From positions 37,450 through 101,449 of the IMG/VR virus record IMGVR_UViG_3300033069_001588: a DNA stretch of 64,000 nt, one strand, 5' to 3'. Below are positions 1 to 8,592 of the stretch, piece by piece. This stretch comes from a virus. Lineage: Duplodnaviria; Caudoviricetes. The position numbers and the translations under genes were made by a program. Under the pieces are notes generated by a model, which was given only the letters and a program-made list of their open reading frames with translations, ran no database searches and had not been told where the DNA came from. Numbering within the stretch: the stretch's first letter is position 1; each line of letters opens with the position of its first letter.

Positions 1-1
1 T

Positions 2-1435
2 TTTGTATCTAATCTTAGAATGTTCTTGTAAGAAATGAGCCTGGTCCACGAAATCTATAATGACAGAAAACTTCTTTCCAGGATACTTTCTAATAACTCT
101 ACCTACTCTTTGCAAAGCTTTAACTGTAGATTTTCCACCACAAGCTATTACTAAGCCAGATAAGCTAGGTATATCAACACCAATATCAAAAATCTTAGAC
201 GCTAAAACACAATCTATCTTGTGCTCCATTAAGTCTTTCTTGACTTTATCTCTCTCTTCCTGATCATTATTGCCATCAAGAAGAGCACAATTCATATGCT
301 CTTGAAACAACTCATATAAAATCTTACCGTGTTTCAAGCTGTTAAAAAGAACTAATGTTTGATATCCTTTTTCAACCATGGTTTTGGCGGCGTCCAGAAC
401 CAAACCATTTCTTACTTCATTTTCAACAACATACTTCTTGTAAACAGAAGGATAGACTTTATCCAAAAACAATGGATAAGGCGGCACAACTCTAAATCTA
501 ATCAAAGGCTGAGCCAAGAATCCTTGCTTAATCAATTGTGAAGCAGAGATATTAACAATGTACTTGCCTAATATTGATTCGATCAATAAATCGGCACCGT
601 CATCTCTCCAGGGCGAACCACTTAATCCATAAATGTGCTCTGCTTTAGATGTTTTGAAAATCTGTTGAATAGTATCGCAAGCCGACATATGGCATTCATC
701 AATGATGTGAACTTTAGTTTCTTTCATCATCTTATTGATTTCAATGTACTTGCTCTTTACAACTTCTTTCTCATCTCCGTTTTCATCCAGCAGAATATCT
801 TTCTTGTCCAAACCAATGGCTTGACCAACAGACCAAATGCTGGCAATGTTGATATCTTTGATAACACATTTGCCATCACCAATAATACCAATCTCTTCGT
901 CAAACACTTCGGAGAAAAATTCGTGAAATTGATAAAGCAAATCTTTACCAATTACATAGATTATGGTCTTCTTGCCCAATTTTGCGGCAATAAGAGCGGC
1001 GATCAGGCTCTTTCCTCCACCCGTTGCTACCTTAATAATTCCTCGATCATTGTTGTCAATGACCTTGAGAATTTCCATCTGATAGGGGCGGGGCTCCTTC
1101 TCTAATTTCTTCAAATTTTCTAATATGTGTCTCTCGGTGCCAATGGATTTAGCAGGGCGCTTATCAACTACTTCATAAGTTTTGCCAGCTTCGTCGTAGA
1201 ACGCTTTGACTCTTTCTAATAGTCCAGATGGAAAAAGCAAAGTGGGAGTCAGCAGTTTTTTCATGCCGTCCCACTTTACGAAATCGCCACCCTTGTTAAA
1301 AAATCCTCTGTAGGCAGCAGTGTGCTCTGCCCCTTGGACCTTGAATGACAAATGTTTATCTAATGCAAGAATGTGATTGACATCAGATTCTTCTGTAATT
1401 TGCGAATTGTTGCCTTTGATGATTATCTTAGTCAT
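2..1435 (-). CDS. uvsW: Superfamily 2 DNA helicase, T4 UvsW-like (runs off the window's left edge)
   Basis: Absent from the ORF track; manual translation from ATG 1435 gives Walker A VATGGGKS, motif II HIIDECH, motif III GLSGSPWRDDG, motif VI ALQRVGRVIR and N-terminal WDG as in UvsW. Confidence 0.85.
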   Translation of the reverse strand, partial: MTKIIIKGNNSQITEESDVNHILALDKHLSFKVQGAEHTAAYRGFFNKGGDFVKWDGMKKLLTPTLLFPSGLLERVKAFYDEAGKTYEVVDKRPAKSIGTERHILENLKKLEKEPRPYQMEILKVIDNNDRGIIKVATGGGKSLIAALIAAKLGKKTIIYVIGKDLLYQFHEFFSEVFDEEIGIIGDGKCVIKDINIASIWSVGQAIGLDKKDILLDENGDEKEVVKSKYIEINKMMKETKVHIIDECHMSACDTIQQIFKTSKAEHIYGLSGSPWRDDGADLLIESILGKYIVNISASQLIKQGFLAQPLIRFRVVPPYPLFLDKVYPSVYKKYVVENEVRNGLVLDAAKTMVEKGYQTLVLFNSLKHGKILYELFQEHMNCALLDGNNDQEERDKVKKDLMEHKIDCVLASKIFDIGVDIPSLSGLVIACGGKSTVKALQRVGRVIRKYPGKKFSVIIDFVDQAHFLQEHSKIRYK

Positions 1436-1472
1436 ATGGATACTGTAGTTAATATATAACCAGTACCCATAT
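1434..1472 (-). promoter_or_regulatory. 16-bp hairpin covering the helicase translation start, with TATAT in the loop
   Basis: Plus strand ATATGGATACTG-TA-GTTA-[ATATA]-TAAC-CAGTACCCATAT; arms 1434-1445/1461-1472 match 11 of 12 (G-U on minus strand), inner arms 1448-1451/1457-1460. Confidence 0.6.
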
Positions 1473-1491
1473 TTCAACAAAATATCAATTA

Positions 1492-1707
1492 TTAACTGAG
1501 AAGACTTGTAGAAGTTGCGAGTAGTACAGAATTAACTTGCATTTCATCCATGTTTTCAACATGTGGTACCACCGTAAAATTCTTTTCTACAACACGTACA
1601 TGTACATTATTTCCATCTGCCGATTCAGTATGAAAAGAATATAATAACTCTATTTCCGCCTCTTTATCAAATTCAGATAATTGGGCAATTAACTCTTTGA
1701 TCTTCAT
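1492..1707 (-). CDS. Small hypothetical phage protein
   Basis: GGAGA RBS before ATG 1707; MKIKELIAQLSEFD-type N-terminus common in small phage proteins. Confidence 0.65.
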   Translation of the reverse strand: MKIKELIAQLSEFDKEAEIELLYSFHTESADGNNVHVRVVEKNFTVVPHVENMDEMQVNSVLLATSTSLLS

Positions 1708-2350
1708 TATTTTCTCCCATATGACGGACCATGTTTGCTCCATCTATAATATTTTGTTTAGCAGAATAAGGTCTTAAATTTTCCAATGACCAACACTTCT
1801 TGAAATTTTCATCTTCCATAGAAGCATATGGCAAATCTGAACGTGGAATAATGTGATCTATATTCCATTTCCACGTAGATGAATCATTGTCTTTCCATAT
1901 TCTATGATCATAAATTCCTTGATTTTCCCAATTCATCCAAGATTCAAATTGTTTTTCCAAATGTAACTTCAATTCTTGAATTGTATATGGTAAAAATTTA
2001 GATTTCGAATTACCATTTTTAGAAGTATTATATTTTTTAAGAGATTTATTTATGACTGATGATATAATGCCATTTAACCTAAATACAGGGTCTAACTTTC
2101 TTCTCTCATTAACATAACTTCGTCTATTTTTAGCAACTGATTCTTTATTATTTTTCCTATATTTTCTAAGGTATTCTTTTAGAGAATCAGTATGAACCGA
2201 ATCATACTGATTCTTGTATTTTTTAATGTGATCGGAATTATTTCTTCTCCATTGATCTTTATACTGCTTATTGCAAAATCGACACCAAGTTTGATTTTTC
2301 CCAAAATCAAACTCATTTTTATCAAGATTACAACGAGAACAGTATTTCAT
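1673..2350 (-). CDS. Free-standing HNH homing endonuclease with N-terminal CxxC-CxxC zinc finger
   Basis: WNIDHIIP...WSLENLRPYSAKQN HNH-type core; CSRC/CRFC; ATGA overlap with tubulin stop; paralog of 31849-32388. Confidence 0.8.
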   Translation of the reverse strand: MKYCSRCNLDKNEFDFGKNQTWCRFCNKQYKDQWRRNNSDHIKKYKNQYDSVHTDSLKEYLRKYRKNNKESVAKNRRSYVNERRKLDPVFRLNGIISSVINKSLKKYNTSKNGNSKSKFLPYTIQELKLHLEKQFESWMNWENQGIYDHRIWKDNDSSTWKWNIDHIIPRSDLPYASMEDENFKKCWSLENLRPYSAKQNIIDGANMVRHMGENNEDQRVNCPII

Positions 2351-3714
2351 TTGCGACGATCTACAACTCCACCCATAAGCTTACCAAATGCGGAAGACTT
2401 GGCAGCGATTTTTTCCTTGATTTTTTGGGCGGCAGACACGGTGTCATTAGTTCCAGTATCCAACTGTAAAGTTAGGTTTCTGGATTCATCCTTAGTCTTA
2501 ACCTTGGATTGTAATTCTTTAGTCTCACTCTTAAGTTGCTCAACTCTAACAGAAGGCAAACCTAATCCGGAGAACATAGAATAAACTTTGACTGTATCTT
2601 CTGGAGAATCAATCACATACATACCCTTGAACACACCCTTTGGATTTCCACACAAATCATTGATCATGCTGCTAGCATAGTTAACACTAGATGCTGGAAT
2701 TTTTGACCAAACATTTTTGTTGGCGGCAATAATGAATCCAACATACTTTGATTGCTTAAGATCAAATCCTTCAGCCAAAAGATTTCCAGAAAGGTTGTTG
2801 ATAACAGCCTCAGCAATAGCGGTATCTTCTTGATAATTCTCTACAGAGAATTCTCCATAGACACTTAATCCTTCACCATCAATGAAGAGCTTTGACCATT
2901 CCATAGGATCCAATGCTTTGGTTGAAGATGGCATGGAGGAAAGAGTATTGAACATATCAATTGGGTCTACGATAGCTTTATTAGCTACACTGTAGAAATC
3001 CATTTGACCAACATGATGATAGATAGTTTCTATCTTGGCATTATCTACCACAATCAAATTATTCACTTTTTTGGATTGTGCCATCTTAGCCAATTTGGAT
3101 AAGGTTTCTAAAGCATTGCTTTTGGTTTGAGCATCTTCCGTGTCCATTGGTAAAACGGTAATAACTACCAATGGTTTGCCTAATTCTGACAATAGCTCAA
3201 CCAAAGTTTCGCATGAACCTGCGCCAGAGCCTCCACCCAAACTCAAGCATAATAGATTGACTTGAGAAGAGCTTAGCTTATCATTGACTAATTGTAAAAT
3301 CTCACCACGATGAGCTTCGGCGGCGGCTTTTCCAATTTCAATTTCCTTGGCAGCGCCACCCAAACCATACTCTAACAATAGCTTATTAGAATCTGGAATA
3401 TCAATAAACTTAAGATCCTGCATAGCGGTGTTTACTACTATTGAATCGTATCCAAGTTTGTAAAATGCTTCTGCAATTCTTGAACCAGCCTGACCAGAGC
3501 CTAACACTCCTAGTGCTAGACTTCTTTCCTTCTTTGAAACAATCTTAGATGCCATCTTTGCCTCGGCTTTTGCTTGATTTTCTTGTTGTCTTGCTTGACT
3601 TTTTGCTTTAAGTGCGGCTAATTTATCTTGTTGTTCTTTTTCTTCGTTGTTATCTGTCATATCATCAATCACTTCTTCTGGTTTGTCTTGTTGTATAGAA
3701 TGTTTAACTGACAT
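2347..3714 (-). CDS. Tubulin/FtsZ-superfamily GTPase (PhuZ/TubZ-like)
   Basis: GSGQAGSRIA (T1), VVNTAMQDL, GLGGAAKEIEIG, signature SLGGGSGAGS, VVDNAKI, T7-like LDPME; charged N-terminal extension and helical C-terminal tail. Confidence 0.88.
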   Translation of the reverse strand: MSVKHSIQQDKPEEVIDDMTDNNEEKEQQDKLAALKAKSQARQQENQAKAEAKMASKIVSKKERSLALGVLGSGQAGSRIAEAFYKLGYDSIVVNTAMQDLKFIDIPDSNKLLLEYGLGGAAKEIEIGKAAAEAHRGEILQLVNDKLSSSQVNLLCLSLGGGSGAGSCETLVELLSELGKPLVVITVLPMDTEDAQTKSNALETLSKLAKMAQSKKVNNLIVVDNAKIETIYHHVGQMDFYSVANKAIVDPIDMFNTLSSMPSSTKALDPMEWSKLFIDGEGLSVYGEFSVENYQEDTAIAEAVINNLSGNLLAEGFDLKQSKYVGFIIAANKNVWSKIPASSVNYASSMINDLCGNPKGVFKGMYVIDSPEDTVKVYSMFSGLGLPSVRVEQLKSETKELQSKVKTKDESRNLTLQLDTGTNDTVSAAQKIKEKIAAKSSAFGKLMGGVVDRRK

Positions 3715-3715
3715 T

Positions 3716-3973
3716 TCAATTCATCTCTTTCAAAAGGTCTGCCGTTTCCCTCTCCAAAAATCCCACGATTTCCAGAATTAACTCTTGCGGATCTTTTACC
3801 AGGTCTGCCTCATCTAATAGGAAATTTTTGAACTCATAACCTGTGTTAATTGTGAGTACCAAAGTGCCATTTTCCAACGTTAAAGCATGCTTACCTTTAC
3901 CGAAAGGACCATTCTTGATTTCTATACTATTATGCGCTATTTGTAATAGTTCAATTGCAGATTTTAAGGACAT
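3716..3973 (-). CDS. Hypothetical protein
   Basis: 85-aa ORF tightly packed between neighbours. Confidence 0.6.
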   Translation of the reverse strand: MSLKSAIELLQIAHNSIEIKNGPFGKGKHALTLENGTLVLTINTGYEFKNFLLDEADLVKDPQELILEIVGFLERETADLLKEMN

Positions 3974-4290
3974 ATTTCACTCTTAATTAAAGAATTGCAT
4001 TTCGTTGTTTCTATATATCGATCAAGTTGTTGAACTAATAAATCAATAAAAGGAACCACGATAGATCCTTCCAAATATGGTTGATCTTTGTAATTAAATT
4101 CACAAGAATCTTCCGACATTGGTTTTGATACTGTTATGTTAGTATCTTTAGCGATTAGCTTAAATATTCTTATAGTTTCTTCCTTTTTATTCTCATCATT
4201 ACCGATAGCTGCGGCTAGATTTTGCCAACCTTCAACTGATGATAAGGCGCGCCTTATCATATTAATTTTTGATTCATCATCTATTATCAT
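3964..4290 (-). CDS. Hypothetical protein
   Basis: GGAGA RBS 4296-4300 before ATG 4290. Confidence 0.6.
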   Translation of the reverse strand: MIIDDESKINMIRRALSSVEGWQNLAAAIGNDENKKEETIRIFKLIAKDTNITVSKPMSEDSCEFNYKDQPYLEGSIVVPFIDLLVQQLDRYIETTKCNSLIKSEICP

Positions 4291-4292
4291 AA

Positions 4293-4982
4293 TTATCTCC
4301 AAGTCTTACCAGAAACTATATTTCCTATTGTTGTTGCAGTAACATTATATTTCTTACTAAGATCCACTTTTGTATAATTACCAGTTTTCCACTCTTCTCT
4401 AATTTTCAAAACTATCTCTAGATTAAGTTTAGCATGAGGGTTATTTTCCCCGGCAACCCTATTTTTTGAAGATTTCCCTATCTTTTTCTTAGTTTCATCA
4501 GAATGTATTCTACCATAGAACGGGTTTCCAGATCCAGAAAATTTCTTGCTTAACTTATTTTTTGTATCTTGTGCATGTGTTTTGCCATACATTGGATTTT
4601 TCTCACTGCCTACTCGCAGGGACATTCTTTCTTTATCTTCACTGGATAAAATTACGGTATGTGTAGATCCACTTTTTTCGTTATATCCATATGTATCATC
4701 ACATGAATTATAAAAATTGATCCAATACAATTCTTTTTCACATGATTCATAATAATTATCAACTTTTTCGAAAACTTCAAAAGTAAAATTATTATGTCCT
4801 AATTCATTTATTGCTTTATGAATTTTTTGGACTTTTGATGATATTGGGTTAATACCAAAGGATAAATGTTGTCTTTTTCTATAAGAAGGTACTTTTGTTC
4901 TGCCAATATAAATCTTATTATTTACAGTATTAGTTATTTTGTATATGTAAAAGGTCTCTTCAAAAGGACAAATATAATTCAT
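4293..4982 (-). CDS. GIY-YIG homing endonuclease with NUMOD3-type repeats and C-terminal HTH
   Basis: FYIYKITNTVNNKIYIGRT, GYN, NPMYGKTH/NPFYGRIH repeats; ATG 4982 overlaps the upstream TGA (ATGA). Confidence 0.88.
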   Translation of the reverse strand: MNYICPFEETFYIYKITNTVNNKIYIGRTKVPSYRKRQHLSFGINPISSKVQKIHKAINELGHNNFTFEVFEKVDNYYESCEKELYWINFYNSCDDTYGYNEKSGSTHTVILSSEDKERMSLRVGSEKNPMYGKTHAQDTKNKLSKKFSGSGNPFYGRIHSDETKKKIGKSSKNRVAGENNPHAKLNLEIVLKIREEWKTGNYTKVDLSKKYNVTATTIGNIVSGKTWR

Positions 4983-5938
4983 TTCAAAAACCACTGATTG
5001 TTCAAATACCATTGAACCGTATCTTGTATACCATCTTTGAACTTGTAAGATGGTATCCAGCCCAATTCTCTAATTTTCTGAGAATTAACACCATGTCTGA
5101 AATCATGTCCAGATCTAGGATCGGTTATATGATTTATCAAATTATGCCCATATCCCACAGCATTACAAACTTTTTGAACCACCTCTATATTCGTTAATTC
5201 CTGACCGGCTGAAATGTTATAGATTTGATTAGGCTCACCTTTATTCAAGACTGTCAGAATTGCCGAACAATTGTCAAATACATGAGTCCAATCTCTTATC
5301 TGCAATCCCCGACCATAGATAGGGATCTTATTCTCATGCAGAATACCCTTAATCGCCTTGGGAATCAACTTTTCCGGCGTCTGGCGTGGACCATAGTTAT
5401 TGGAGCTTCTGGTAATGTTATAAATTAGACCATGAGATTGGTGGGCTGCTTTAACCAACATCTCTCCAGCAGCTTTAGTGACAGCATAGGGGCTTCTTGG
5501 ATTTAAGGACGAATCTTCGGTCCAGAGAGGATCATGTTCACTCTTTAACTGTCCATAAACACTATCTGTGGAAACATAAATTAATCTTTCTACTTTGTGT
5601 TTTAGACAAGCATTGATAATAACCTGCGTCCCCAAAACATTAGAAGTGACGAAAGAATTAGGGTCACTTAAAGATGAATCTATAAAAGTTTCAGCCGCCC
5701 CATGAATCACAATATCAGGCTTCTCGAATTGAAAAATGACATCTATGATATGTTGGTCTCTTATATCAGCTACATGAAAAGTATGATTCTTATTCCAATA
5801 CATAGAGTTAATGGCATTAGCACTTACTCTATCTAAACTAACAAATTGATATGGATGTTTTTCATAAATGGCTTTTCTAACGAAATTGCCAAAGATGAAA
5901 CCACAAGAACCAGTTATTAAAACTTTTTTCTTACTCAT
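4979..5938 (-). CDS. rfbB: dTDP-glucose 4,6-dehydratase-like extended SDR
   Basis: VLITGSCGFIF, TNVLGT, STDSVYG, YAVTK (YxxxK), SNNYGPRQ, EKLIP, RDWTHV. Confidence 0.8.
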   Translation of the reverse strand: MSKKKVLITGSCGFIFGNFVRKAIYEKHPYQFVSLDRVSANAINSMYWNKNHTFHVADIRDQHIIDVIFQFEKPDIVIHGAAETFIDSSLSDPNSFVTSNVLGTQVIINACLKHKVERLIYVSTDSVYGQLKSEHDPLWTEDSSLNPRSPYAVTKAAGEMLVKAAHQSHGLIYNITRSSNNYGPRQTPEKLIPKAIKGILHENKIPIYGRGLQIRDWTHVFDNCSAILTVLNKGEPNQIYNISAGQELTNIEVVQKVCNAVGYGHNLINHITDPRSGHDFRHGVNSQKIRELGWIPSYKFKDGIQDTVQWYLNNQWFLK

Positions 5939-6132
5939 ATTGCCTTTTCAAATCTGGGAACCCAAACACCATCAACCTCTACTTGTTCTAAAAACATTGA
6001 CAAAGGTCGAGCCCAATATTGATCTTTGAGATCCCTATAAACAACCATTTCTTCCAAAGTTTCAGTATGTTTAGCAGTTGCGGTTACTTCGTATAGTTTG
6101 CCTTTGTAATGCCTGTAAATTCCAAGTTCCAT
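5935..6132 (-). CDS. DUF1653-family protein
   Basis: GIYRHYKGKLYEV...HTETLEEMVVYR...WARPLSMF...RF. Confidence 0.85.
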   Translation of the reverse strand: MELGIYRHYKGKLYEVTATAKHTETLEEMVVYRDLKDQYWARPLSMFLEQVEVDGVWVPRFEKAI

Positions 6133-6137
6133 GTTTG

Positions 6138-7103
6138 TTATAGTCCTACTCTTAATCCCGCCATGACTGAAAAACTACCATCTGTACTAACAGATACAGA
6201 AGGCGCAATGTAAGTATTATTCATCAGCGGAATATGTTTACCAATATTATAAGCTCCAGGCGTTAGAATGAATTGTGGTCTTTGTGATACTACTCCTACG
6301 CCCACACCTACCTGTAATACAGAGAAATCTGGTGAAGTTTTGTATTGACCATAAGACATAATACCTAAGTTAAGGCTAGGAGTAAATTCTCCCTTCACCT
6401 TGCTAACATTAACTCCACCGTCGGCGGCAATAAACAATCTAGGATTCCACCAACTCCACTTAGCAGTTGGATACTCTTGTTTGGTTTCTGCCTTAGCTAT
6501 CTTAACCTCATAATCTTTGTTGTCAACAGTCACCACAAATTTATTATAAACGTATGTTCTTTGATTATCATCCGTCCCAATAACATTTGTTACTTTATAT
6601 GCTCTTGGGGAGACGTTAATATTCCATGGATTTTGTTGCCACGCAGAAAAACCAACCTGACCAATTGGTACTGGTGTGCCCGAAAAGTCTTCGTGGAGAT
6701 TCAATAATTGGGCGTTTTTTAGATAACCATAAGTATCTATAGTGGTAGGAGTAGGATTAACTGCGCCAGTTGAACTACTAGGCAAATTACCTACTACTTG
6801 CCCAGAACTCATCACTACTACCGTATTGGCTGCACTAATAGAGGCATGTAATTTACTCAAATCATCTTGAATAGCTTTTAGATTTATACCATTGTCTTTG
6901 ACAAATTTTTCAATATCATTTTTGGTGGCATAACCACTTTGTGAGCGCATGATATTGTTAGCCAATTCTTTTTGCTGAACAATTTGTGTTTCAATGGCTT
7001 GCTGACGAGTTGAGATTTCATTTTGTTTATAAATGATGAATCCTAGTCCAAGAATGACTAGGATTGCTCCGAGGGCAATTAATATTTTAGTTGATAGCGA
7101 CAT
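6138..7103 (-). CDS. Membrane-anchored protein: N-terminal TM, coiled coil, C-terminal beta-strand domain (possible spanin-like)
   Basis: KILIALGAILVILGLGFIIY TM; Gln-rich helix; alternating beta-strands ending FSVMAGLRVGL. Confidence 0.5.
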   Translation of the reverse strand: MSLSTKILIALGAILVILGLGFIIYKQNEISTRQQAIETQIVQQKELANNIMRSQSGYATKNDIEKFVKDNGINLKAIQDDLSKLHASISAANTVVVMSSGQVVGNLPSSSTGAVNPTPTTIDTYGYLKNAQLLNLHEDFSGTPVPIGQVGFSAWQQNPWNINVSPRAYKVTNVIGTDDNQRTYVYNKFVVTVDNKDYEVKIAKAETKQEYPTAKWSWWNPRLFIAADGGVNVSKVKGEFTPSLNLGIMSYGQYKTSPDFSVLQVGVGVGVVSQRPQFILTPGAYNIGKHIPLMNNTYIAPSVSVSTDGSFSVMAGLRVGL

Positions 7104-7153
7104 ATTTCATCTCTTTATGAAAGTTCGCTACCTCTATATCTTGTAGATAAAGA

Positions 7154-8017
7154 TTATTTTTGGATTGTAGGACACCAGTGAATAGTTCTTCCTTCTGGTG
7201 TTGACTCAGATTTTATGGGGTTGCCTAATGAATCTGTAGTCTTACCGTAAACCTTAAAACAGGAAGAATATTTGCCCTCATTACCGTATGCATCTTTGTA
7301 AGTAAGAAGTGTGGCACCCTGATGCTCATACGACTCTTTCATAACTTTTATGATTGATTCACATAGAGTATCAACTTCTATATTTGACATGTTTTTGCAT
7401 AACTTCCAAGGAGAAATCTTGGCATCATATAAAGCTTCTGCCCTAATGTAATTACCAACTCCCGCAAAGACAGATTGATCCAATAGAACTTGTCCAATTG
7501 GCTTCTTTGATTTTTTCAATTCGGCTTTTATCCAATCTGACCACTTATCTAATGGGGTTTGTAATGGATCCCAACCAAATTCTCCAAGCTTTTCTTTGAG
7601 TTCTTTCTCAGATGAAACGAATTTAATGGAGCCAAAGTGTCTAGGATCATTGAAATAAACATCACTAAACTTACCCGCATCATCATATAGTTTCATGGTC
7701 ATACAGATATGTTTACCAGGATTTGGAGACCATTGACCTGTCATACCAAAAGTACAAAACATATACCAGCCATTATCAAATTGCCAGTACATGAATTTGC
7801 CTTTAGATTTCACATCAACAATCTTCAAAGGCGAAACGACATATCCAATATCTTCTAACTTCCTAAAAGAATCCAGAAATTCTTTATAACCTTCTGCCTC
7901 TGGTTTATTGTATCCATATCTACTATCATCATCAAAACGAACTTTACTTACGTATTTGTTTTGAACTAATGGTTTTATTAGCTCGCTGCTAATCTTTACC
8001 TCGACCCCCTCTGGCAT
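7154..8017 (-). CDS. mutM: Fpg/Nei-family DNA glycosylase/AP lyase, zinc-less finger type
   Basis: N-terminal PEGVEV, KGKFMY, FGMTGQW, DPRHFG, H2TH GVGNYIRAEALY, C-terminal GRTIHWCPTIQ without four Cys. Confidence 0.9.
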   Translation of the reverse strand: MPEGVEVKISSELIKPLVQNKYVSKVRFDDDSRYGYNKPEAEGYKEFLDSFRKLEDIGYVVSPLKIVDVKSKGKFMYWQFDNGWYMFCTFGMTGQWSPNPGKHICMTMKLYDDAGKFSDVYFNDPRHFGSIKFVSSEKELKEKLGEFGWDPLQTPLDKWSDWIKAELKKSKKPIGQVLLDQSVFAGVGNYIRAEALYDAKISPWKLCKNMSNIEVDTLCESIIKVMKESYEHQGATLLTYKDAYGNEGKYSSCFKVYGKTTDSLGNPIKSESTPEGRTIHWCPTIQK

Positions 8018-8032
8018 AATATAATCTCCAAT

Positions 8033-8371
8033 TTAGAAAAATAATTTCAAATCATGAATACGAATCAGAAAACTGTCCAGCTTCTTCCGAACACTTTCTA
8101 TATGAGTCATTCCAGATAAATCCGGAGATCCGCATTTGTTCAATACGTTACACTTACCAGCAAATCTAATTTTGTAATTGTATTCGTATGTAGAATCATC
8201 TAAACGTTTAACGCTTCTTTTCAGTTCCAAAAAATTATTGTAATCAACATTCTCGCACGAATCAGAAGCCAATAAAGGTTTTATCCACATATCTTCTCTC
8301 ATAGAGGTGGAATACAATTTCCATTTACCAAACTGGAAACTGCCAACTTTTATAGTTTGCTGCTCTTCCAT
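8033..8371 (-). CDS. Hypothetical protein with C-terminal RxxDLxxFx motif
   Basis: 112 aa ending RIHDLKLFF. Confidence 0.6.
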   Translation of the reverse strand: MEEQQTIKVGSFQFGKWKLYSTSMREDMWIKPLLASDSCENVDYNNFLELKRSVKRLDDSTYEYNYKIRFAGKCNVLNKCGSPDLSGMTHIESVRKKLDSFLIRIHDLKLFF

Positions 8372-8373
8372 TA

Positions 8374-8589
8374 TTAACCTATGATGACAGATTTATTACC
8401 TTTTGAAATTCCTCTACTATTGATAACTGCAATACCTATTGTTTCTCTGACTGTAAATCCTATTTTGCCAGTATTTTTTTTGACGCGGAATTTACCATCA
8501 GATGTAATCACAAGGCGACGATGTGCTGCCAAATGAACCATACCAGGATCAGCGTGCAAAACAATTAATTCTTGTCTAATAGGTTCCAT
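8374..8589 (-). CDS. Small basic hypothetical protein
   Basis: 71-aa ORF filling the gap in a tightly packed operon. Confidence 0.55.
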   Translation of the reverse strand: MEPIRQELIVLHADPGMVHLAAHRRLVITSDGKFRVKKNTGKIGFTVRETIGIAVINSRGISKGNKSVIIG

Positions 8590-8592
8590 AAT

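Noticed and set aside
60-1105. Plus-strand ORFs 60-263, 359-541 and 635-1105, and minus-strand 757-951
   Set aside because: Shadow frames of the helicase gene
2347-3973. TubZRC partition cassette
   Set aside because: The upstream 85-aa ORF shows no evident HTH and no iteron array is nearby
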